From IMG/VR virus record IMGVR_UViG_2889049205_000001, positions 64,001-128,000 of that record: a DNA stretch of 64,000 nt; one strand, written 5' to 3'. The stretch comes from a virus. Its lineage: Duplodnaviria > Caudoviricetes. Positions 56,952 to 64,000 of this stretch are shown here, piece after piece (the first letter of the stretch is position 1; each line of letters begins with the position of its first letter). Position numbers and translations under genes: made by a program. The notes beneath the pieces were generated by a model. The model was not told the DNA's origin, did no database searches, and saw only the letters and a program-made list of their open reading frames with translations.

Positions 56952-57824
56952 ATGATTCAACTTATCCAGAACGTAATTAAAAACAGCATCCGTGTCGAAG
57001 TCAAAGAAAAGAATCGCTATGAACAGTATCCGGTAATCGTCACTGATGTAGCTGAGGGTTCCATCACAAATGGCTGGTCGCTCACTTATTATCCAAAGCT
57101 GACGCATGACCGTCAGCGCTTGTACGACATCAAGCAGGCGTTCGGGTCTCTTGGTATTACCATGTTCAGCAACCTGTACAATGCAGTCATGTCTGTCGAT
57201 CAGCGTTTTCTCGCCGGCGAAGGCGTGCAAGAGCTGCGTGGTCGGAAGCATGCAGCCTATGAGTTCGGAGACGGAACGGGTCGCATTACTTCTCGTTTTG
57301 CTTGCATGCAAAAAGAGCATAGCAATACAATCACAGTTTCGATCCTTGACTCCAATTCGCCATTCTATATGCTGTCCATTAATTTCACGGTTATGAATAG
57401 CAAACAGGAGCCTGGAAAACGTCACATGGTGGGGTCCGACAAGCAGTGGGATGCAGCCATTGACGTGTTCAATGAGCGCAATGCTCAGTTCGCTCCGGAC
57501 AGCGCACGGTTCATTCAAGTATTTCAGGAGGGGGAAAACACCTTTCCTTATGTACGAGCAGCGATGCAGTCAGGTATGAATGGCGTATCTCAGGTCGATC
57601 CTAATGCTAGCTTCGTATGGCGCCGAGATATTTCTAATGAGTTTCAAGCATTGGCGCTGGCCTATGAGAAAGTAATTCTTCGGACGGCCATGGAAGTAGC
57701 TTATGACAGTATTCGACATACACTTCAGGCCACAAGAGTCCAAGAGCCTACTTTAGCTTCCGGAAATGTTGGCCCATTCGGTATGGCCGCCGGTGCAGTT
57801 GCGTCTGGATGGCAGCCAAGATAG
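56952..57824 (+). CDS. Hypothetical protein
   Basis: RBS GAGGAGG; 290 aa. Confidence 0.65.
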   Translation: MIQLIQNVIKNSIRVEVKEKNRYEQYPVIVTDVAEGSITNGWSLTYYPKLTHDRQRLYDIKQAFGSLGITMFSNLYNAVMSVDQRFLAGEGVQELRGRKHAAYEFGDGTGRITSRFACMQKEHSNTITVSILDSNSPFYMLSINFTVMNSKQEPGKRHMVGSDKQWDAAIDVFNERNAQFAPDSARFIQVFQEGENTFPYVRAAMQSGMNGVSQVDPNASFVWRRDISNEFQALALAYEKVILRTAMEVAYDSIRHTLQATRVQEPTLASGNVGPFGMAAGAVASGWQPR

Positions 57825-57974
57825 TCGTATTGGGTGCTGTGGGTAAAGTTTCCTTGCAGCACCCGATGCACATTTCACCGAATATTGCTATAATATTCTA
57901 GGAGCATTGGATATCGTATTGACGGACCTAATGCTATACTTTATGGGTCCTTTTGCCCCCGAGGAGGGTTTCGT

Positions 57975-59822
57975 TTGATACAGGTTCGATCGCAATATAA
58001 TAATATATACGTGAAGATTCTCGATTCCATGGAGACTTTTGATCTGACCCTTGAAAAAGTGCGGTCAATTCCAGATCGATCCTTCAACATGGCCACAGGG
58101 GAGTGGATGTTTCCACGTACTCATATCGGCCATCTTCTTTATTGCTTCAACAATCAAATCAGTTGGATGACTCCTCTTGCTGAAATTGTACAAGATGTCC
58201 CAATTGATAATGAGCTTGTTAATCAGCATTTGCAATGGGAGTCTGAAGGGGAGTTCAAAAACTTCCTCATACCGATGTACCCGTACCAGAAGGTTGGATC
58301 TAATTTTTTGATCGACCGTGGATCTGGCGCTGTGTTTGACGGCTGCGGGCTGGGGAAGACGCCTCAATTGATCGGTGCGATCATGAAGCTTAATGAAATG
58401 GGTAAAGCTGAAAAAGCACTCATCGTTACGCTCAACAGTTTGAAACGACAATGGGCGAAAGAGATTGAGAAATTCACAGGCGAGACAGCTTTGGCCGCCA
58501 CCGGCACATCCGATCGAAGAGGCAAGATTCTTCGAGAATTTGGCCGGCGCAAAGAAATTAAATTCCTTGTAGTTAATTACGAGATGCTTCGATCAGAGAG
58601 CTTCATGAAAATCCTAAAATCGATTAAGATCGATGTAGTTGCTCTTGATGAAGCACAGAAAATAAAGACGGGTGTTACAGATGCTTATCTGGACATTAAG
58701 CCGAGCCAGAACGCAATGGGTGCCCATGAGCTGAAACATATTCCATACCGTTTTATTGCGACGGCCACGCCGCTGCAGGGGAAAGCCGAAGAAGTGTGGA
58801 GTCTGTTTTACTTCCTGGACGAGAATATTCTTGGACCATGGGAATACTTCCGTGAAAGGTATTGCACCTATTCCAAAAAGTATGGCATCACTGGTTATCA
58901 GAACCAGGGCGAACTATACTATCGAATTGCACCGTACTTCATCAGAAGGACGAAGGATATGCCGGAAATCCAGCAGCAGCTACCGGAAGTTCAACACAGC
59001 CATGTCTTCTTAGAGATGACCGATCTTCAAGACAAGCTGCACAATTATTTACTGCAGCAGTTGGCTGATGTGAAGGAGCAGGCGAGAGGGATCAACGGCT
59101 ACACATTCCTTAACGGACAAAGTGTTTCGCCGCAAGAAGCGAAAGACTACTTCGATGCGCTGGCGCAAGGATATACTACCTTCTTAATCGAAACCTGCGA
59201 CTCCCCAGAGCTCATTTATAACAGCGCTTCTCAGATGGCACAACGGATCCGCACCGAGTTTGGATTGGACCCAAAATCGTTAAAGTCTCCGAAAATTGAG
59301 CACCTTAAAGACTTCTACGAGAACATGACGTTCGATGAGCCGAAGTCCAAAGTCGTTATCTTTACTCGATTTGAGGGCATGGCGCAGCTGATACACAAAC
59401 AGCTGCCTAACTCAGTGATCTATCATGGTGAGATGAGCGAGGGCGGCAAACAATTCGCTGTCGAACGATTCCGTGAGGATCCAGAGATTAAAGCATTTAT
59501 TTCGACTGACGCAGGATCAACGGGGTTAAATCTTCAGGTGGCGAATTACCTGATCCACGTTGATATGCCATGGGACCATACCTGGGTTGAGCAGCGAAAC
59601 GGTCGTATTGACCGGACAGGGAACCAGTTCAGCAACGTCACCATTTATTATTACTGCATGGGCGATAGCTATGACGAGCAGGTCCTGGAGATCATTAATC
59701 GCAAGTCCGAGCTGGCCGCCGCCATCATTGAAGGCGGAAGAGATTCGCATCATCGAGGCCCTGATGTTCACGCCTTGGCGATTGAACGGATGCTCAAGCG
59801 AAAGAATAAACAATTGGCCTGA
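57975..59822 (+). CDS. SNF2-family helicase/translocase with a HARP-like N-terminus
   Basis: GLGKT, LDEAQKIK, TATP, RRTK, STDAG.TGLNLQ, EQRNGRIDR. Confidence 0.92.
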   Translation: MIQVRSQYNNIYVKILDSMETFDLTLEKVRSIPDRSFNMATGEWMFPRTHIGHLLYCFNNQISWMTPLAEIVQDVPIDNELVNQHLQWESEGEFKNFLIPMYPYQKVGSNFLIDRGSGAVFDGCGLGKTPQLIGAIMKLNEMGKAEKALIVTLNSLKRQWAKEIEKFTGETALAATGTSDRRGKILREFGRRKEIKFLVVNYEMLRSESFMKILKSIKIDVVALDEAQKIKTGVTDAYLDIKPSQNAMGAHELKHIPYRFIATATPLQGKAEEVWSLFYFLDENILGPWEYFRERYCTYSKKYGITGYQNQGELYYRIAPYFIRRTKDMPEIQQQLPEVQHSHVFLEMTDLQDKLHNYLLQQLADVKEQARGINGYTFLNGQSVSPQEAKDYFDALAQGYTTFLIETCDSPELIYNSASQMAQRIRTEFGLDPKSLKSPKIEHLKDFYENMTFDEPKSKVVIFTRFEGMAQLIHKQLPNSVIYHGEMSEGGKQFAVERFREDPEIKAFISTDAGSTGLNLQVANYLIHVDMPWDHTWVEQRNGRIDRTGNQFSNVTIYYYCMGDSYDEQVLEIINRKSELAAAIIEGGRDSHHRGPDVHALAIERMLKRKNKQLA

Positions 59823-59833
59823 CGATTGACCAG

Positions 59834-59871
59834 GACATCCTTCATGTGTAAGATGGGGGATGTCTTTTTTT
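59834..59871 (+). terminator. Rho-independent terminator
   Basis: GACATCCTTCAT/ATGGGGGATGTC stem followed by a T run. Confidence 0.75.
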
Positions 59872-59890
59872 ATGCGTAAGGAGGGCTGAA

Positions 59891-60757
59891 ATGAAAAGCA
59901 AGGTTATTTTGCTCGACAACGGGAATGTGCTATACAACACCGGATGGGGGGAAGAACGCTGGGAGGAGAAAGAGCCATACACCTTGGTGCGACTTAACGC
60001 AAGAGGTGGGTCCCCGTATCCTGATGGGGAGTGGGAGTTCTCCGGCAGCTATGATATCGAGATCCGGACCGGCGACTTCGGAAACGTGTTCTGCTATACC
60101 GGATACGTCCAGGGAGACTATAATAAAATCAAGCGGGTGGATGGCCGCCGGATCCGTGGCCCGAAGTTTGAGGTTCGGCTTGTCCCGAAGTCGGACATCC
60201 ATTACGGTGTTACCGGCGAAGCTATCCTTCACCGCAAAGGCATATCCATCAAGAAAGCTAAGAAGCTGATCGTCGAAGCCGTCCGTGCTTACGAGGCTAC
60301 TGATCGGTTCAAGCAGGAGATCTGGCCACAGGTGTTGAATCCAGATGCCAGGAAACCGATCCTTAAAGAAATTGACGGCCAACTCATTTGGGTCGCCACA
60401 ACCTGGGGAAGTCCGTGGAGCGCTGTCCAAACCAAGAATGAATACAATCGCTATGGCGGTAATGCACTTGGATACGGACACTTTTTTTACCGTGAGTTGC
60501 AGCCGAAGCTTACATATCCGAAGACGGAAGATGGGTATAGCGATTTCAGCGGGCAGCCGACCAAAAATTATGAGGACCCACAATACTCGCACATAGAAGA
60601 ACGTGGCGGATCCACCTATGGCGGATGGGATAAGCGACATGATCCGGAAGAGATGAAGAAGCGGATCGATGAGGCCATCTACGATCTGAATGATTTAGCT
60701 CAGGTCTATATTGCCCAATTACAGTTCCGATCAATCGATTGGGGCAAATCGAGGTGA
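59891..60757 (+). CDS. Hypothetical protein
   Basis: RBS AAGGAG; 288 aa. Confidence 0.6.
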   Translation: MKSKVILLDNGNVLYNTGWGEERWEEKEPYTLVRLNARGGSPYPDGEWEFSGSYDIEIRTGDFGNVFCYTGYVQGDYNKIKRVDGRRIRGPKFEVRLVPKSDIHYGVTGEAILHRKGISIKKAKKLIVEAVRAYEATDRFKQEIWPQVLNPDARKPILKEIDGQLIWVATTWGSPWSAVQTKNEYNRYGGNALGYGHFFYRELQPKLTYPKTEDGYSDFSGQPTKNYEDPQYSHIEERGGSTYGGWDKRHDPEEMKKRIDEAIYDLNDLAQVYIAQLQFRSIDWGKSR

Positions 60758-61142
60758 GAAGCAACTGTTTAATATCAAGCAGCCTTGCAGCGACTGTCCT
60801 TTCCTTGCCAATGGCTTTATGCTTCAAACGCTTGAAGAGGGAAGGATAGAGAAGATCGTGCAAACTCTTCACGAGGACAGGTTATTCCGTTGTCACAAAA
60901 CCATTCAGTATGAGCTGGAGGAGAGTGACGGACATATCCCGCTCACGGAAAAAGATCAACACTGTGCCGGCGCACTGGTCTACATGCAGAAATGCGGCAA
61001 GGACAACGCCCCTATGCAAATTGGCGAGCGGCTTAGGATGTTTGACCCGTCGCAGCTGCGTGGCCACGATGACGTGATCGAGCCGCTCGAGATCTCCAAA
61101 TTTAAAGTGAGATTTGGCGATAATTTGAGCAATCATAAATAA
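60711..61142 (+). CDS. Cys/His-rich phage protein (true start probably near 60765)
   Basis: PCSDCPF..F.CHKT..HCAGAL. Confidence 0.6.
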   Translation: MPNYSSDQSIGANRGEKQLFNIKQPCSDCPFLANGFMLQTLEEGRIEKIVQTLHEDRLFRCHKTIQYELEESDGHIPLTEKDQHCAGALVYMQKCGKDNAPMQIGERLRMFDPSQLRGHDDVIEPLEISKFKVRFGDNLSNHK

Positions 61143-61254
61143 CTTGCAGATAAAAGCCACGATGTGCTAATCTAAAGCATATTGTGGCTTTTATGTAATG
61201 CATTACGTTAAATCGCCTGTCGGCGTCATTCATTTTGAAAGAAAGGAGGAGCCT

Positions 61255-61491
61255 ATGAACATAAGCATTAAGGAGCAGCCGGAGGTCATCTTCCTACACG
61301 ACTACTATTTCCGCTTCTATGGCCGCACGCCGGAAGACACCAATGAAAAGGGCCTACTTACTACAGTTTCCGCCCTGGACGAAGAGCAGGCGATGGAGTT
61401 CGCAGAGGCCGTCGCAGACAAAATGGCCACAATGCTGGGCATTGAGCGGGTGTTGTTTGAACGTTATCATGCCAGAAACCTTATGGATTAA
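61255..61491 (+). CDS. Hypothetical protein
   Basis: RBS AAGGAGG. Confidence 0.55.
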   Translation: MNISIKEQPEVIFLHDYYFRFYGRTPEDTNEKGLLTTVSALDEEQAMEFAEAVADKMATMLGIERVLFERYHARNLMD

Positions 61492-61529
61492 ATTCGTGTA
61501 ATGCATTGCACAACATAGGGAAAGATGCT

Positions 61530-62195
61530 ATGATGATTGAGGACAACTACACAAGTGAGGTGAAAACCTTGAGAAAACGCAAGATAATTGCAGGTATTCT
61601 CATCTTTTCGCTCCTCATTGCCGTAGCAGTTGTTAAAATCACTGATTATAACAACGTCTTGCGAGAGCAGCGTAAGATCGGTCATGATCTGGAGCTGAAG
61701 GTCCACATGCTTCAAATGGAGCAAACGGGCCTTGTAAATCACCTGCAGACATTGGAGGAGAAGAGTGATACACTCCAATCCAAGAATGAAAAGCTGCAGG
61801 AGGATAAGCGATCCTTGCAAGAGAAGGTTGACCAGCTCGAAAAGCAAGTGGAGCAAGAACGAGCCAACCAGTGGCAGAGCTTCAAAGCCACGTATTACGA
61901 TGCGGATTATCAATCCACCGGAAAGAGCCCTGGAGATCATGGGTATGGCATTACGGCTTCCGGTAGACACGTACAAGCCGGTGTGACGGTAAGCGTGGAT
62001 CCAAAAGTGATTCCATTGGGATCATGGATCGAAATTCTGTATCCGAACGGCAAAGTAGAGCGCAGACGTGCCGATGACACCGGTCGCCTTATTAAAGGCA
62101 AACATCTGGATATTTACATCCCGAAGGCGAGCAACACGTCGGGGAATCCGACCGTTAAAGTTCGCATCATTTCGGGGCAGAAGACAGCCGTGTAA
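61530..62195 (+). CDS. TM/coiled-coil 3D-domain cell wall hydrolase
   Basis: ATYY, GITASG, SVDP.VIPLGS, ADDTG..IKG..LDIY. Confidence 0.88.
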   Translation: MMIEDNYTSEVKTLRKRKIIAGILIFSLLIAVAVVKITDYNNVLREQRKIGHDLELKVHMLQMEQTGLVNHLQTLEEKSDTLQSKNEKLQEDKRSLQEKVDQLEKQVEQERANQWQSFKATYYDADYQSTGKSPGDHGYGITASGRHVQAGVTVSVDPKVIPLGSWIEILYPNGKVERRRADDTGRLIKGKHLDIYIPKASNTSGNPTVKVRIISGQKTAV

Positions 62196-62238
62196 TGCGG
62201 CTGTTCTTAATTCACTTGATTGAGGAGGAATACGTAGC

Positions 62239-63051
62239 ATGTCCCAAGAACAGTATGGCGATCTGTTTGATCATATGGTACCAGGCAGCAATCGAGAGCA
62301 TGCATCATCCGAATCGGCGCAACAGGAAGCCCAGGAAGTCCGAGAGTTCAATGATAAGTTGACTTCCGGCGACATGGTAGCCACGTCGTATTTGATGGTG
62401 AATGCTCTTTTGAATTTGCTGATCGATAAAGGTTACATAAAAGAGGATGAGGTTAGCAAGCTTATCGATGAGCTATGGACCGAATTCAAGGCAAAGAGGG
62501 GGCGTCGCACATGATTGCGATCCTCAAGCCTCATGTAACGCATTTCTCTGAAGAGCTGAAGTTTAAGGCACAGCCGAGAGATGATGTGGTCGTCGGCGGC
62601 AAAATCGTTAGCGTTGAAGTCATCCCTGAAGCATTCTTCGGTGAAACATACTTCAAGTTGATCCTCGATGACAGTATCGGCACAACGAAGGTTATCATCT
62701 CTAATGAGATGTATCATCATTGCTTTGCTGATATCGCCTTTGAGGGTCAATTCTTTCTCATTAAAGGCATTGTCAACGTGGTTTCCCGCAAAGTGGCCAC
62801 TGGCATAGAAAATCAGTATTCCGTTGTAGGCTACGAAATGAGCCCGTTGCCGATCGGGGAAGGAAGCACCCATGCGTAACGTGTTGGTCTTTCCGGATGG
62901 AACCGAACAGCATTTCATGTATCCAGTTGATCGTGAAATTTCGGAGGGTGAGCCCCTCCAGGTTACGATGCACGATGATTCCATGCAAATGTTCAAAATC
63001 GTTTCGATTGTCTCTGAAGAAAAACGGATCCTGTACTACTTATCTTTTTAA
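62239..63051 (+). other. Three CDS (62239..62514; 62511..62879 OB-fold-like; 62872..63051)
   Basis: Coupled ORFs; V.VGG.I..V...F.L.LDD.IG...VI resembles the DnaE-type OB domain. Confidence 0.55.
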
Positions 63052-63184
63052 GGAGGTGAGCTCGACTCGCCGATCGTCGTTGCCCCGTCGCCCTGTCGTC
63101 CTGGGAGATCTTGCGTAGTCGCTGTCGCTCCCATTCACTTTAGAATTTACAAATCCAAAAACCCAATTCACGGAGGTACTTCCC

Positions 63185-63961
63185 ATGAGCGAAAACAATA
63201 ACGGCAAAAAAGGCTTTTCTAACGATGCATACATTCACGTCACCGGCAACATCGCAACGCTGAAGGATCCGGACACGCAGCAGCAGGTACATGCGTACTC
63301 CAAGCTGATGCCGAACAATAGCAATCACAAAGTGGCCAATGCTATTGTTGCGGTCAACCACCCGAACGAAGATGAGGCTGACTTCTACAAGATCGAAGCC
63401 TGGTCTTATGATCCGGCTCGCTCGGCGCAGCATGACTTCCTGATGAACAACTGCTACAAAGGTCGTCTGGTCGAGATCCGTGGAACCTTGATCCTCAAGA
63501 AGGATCGCAACGATAAGAACAAGATCTATCCGACGATCGTTGTCGATAAAATCATCGGTCACGGCGAAGCCGGTACGAATGGCCAAGGCAGCAACGGAGG
63601 CGGCCAGCAACAGCAACAACAGCAAGGCTACGGTCAACAGCCGCCGGCGAATGTCGGTGCTGGCCAACAGCAATTTTATCAGCAACAAAACGGATTCCCG
63701 CCGCAAGGACAGCAACAAGGCGGCTATGCCCCGCAAGGTCAACCAGGCGGATTCCCGCCGCAGGGCCAACAGCAAGGTGGAGGTTTCCCTCCACAAGGTC
63801 AACCAGGCGGATTCCCACCACAAGGTCAACAAGGCGGATTCCCACCACAAGGACAGCAGCCTAACGGTTACGGCTACGGGGCTCCTCAAGGCCAACAAGG
63901 TGGCGGCTACGGCGCACCGATGGGTGCTCCTGGTCAAGGTCCTTTCGGACAAGGCCGTTAA
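63185..63961 (+). CDS. ssb: Single-stranded DNA-binding protein with a long G/Q/P repeat tail
   Basis: IAVN....ADF..I.AW...KG.LV.I.G OB-fold pattern; about 120-aa GGFPPQGQ repeats. Confidence 0.75.
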   Translation: MSENNNGKKGFSNDAYIHVTGNIATLKDPDTQQQVHAYSKLMPNNSNHKVANAIVAVNHPNEDEADFYKIEAWSYDPARSAQHDFLMNNCYKGRLVEIRGTLILKKDRNDKNKIYPTIVVDKIIGHGEAGTNGQGSNGGGQQQQQQQGYGQQPPANVGAGQQQFYQQQNGFPPQGQQQGGYAPQGQPGGFPPQGQQQGGGFPPQGQPGGFPPQGQQGGFPPQGQQPNGYGYGAPQGQQGGGYGAPMGAPGQGPFGQGR

Positions 63962-64000
63962 TACGGAAATTCCGGCAAAGGAGGGGGAGCAATCCCTCTC

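Overview
This window is about 64 kb of a large temperate myovirus or phage-plasmid of a Bacillota host (about 50% GC; Paenibacillaceae-like by inference). Positions 1-33.6 kb lie on the minus strand. They carry tail tube, sheath, neck, baseplate-type, major capsid, protease/scaffold, portal-MuF and terminase genes, a ParM/ParR/parC-like partition cassette, a LexA-boxed small transcript, four tRNAs plus one pseudo-tRNA, and small accessory genes. Positions 33.8-64 kb are almost all on the plus strand. They carry a YneA-like gene, a 1227-aa YonO/cellular-RdRP-like single-subunit RNA polymerase, a dense run of small genes, RNase H, a GGDEF protein, a macrodomain, an SNF2 helicase, a 3D-domain protein and SSB. 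The most striking unexplained structure is: (1) 15 otherwise divergent genes share an N-terminal M-E-L-h-x-x-Y-h tag; (2) ten copies of an intergenic covarying hairpin element, N4-CTRTCG-N4'-CATTC-N5-GAW, are candidate promoters for the phage polymerase; (3) a long G-U-containing panhandle brackets the polymerase gene; (4) there is a hammerhead and a pistol ribozyme; (5) a 10-copy palindromic operator occurs, one copy inside an SOS-controlled small RNA. All family calls come from motifs recognised by eye; no searches were run.
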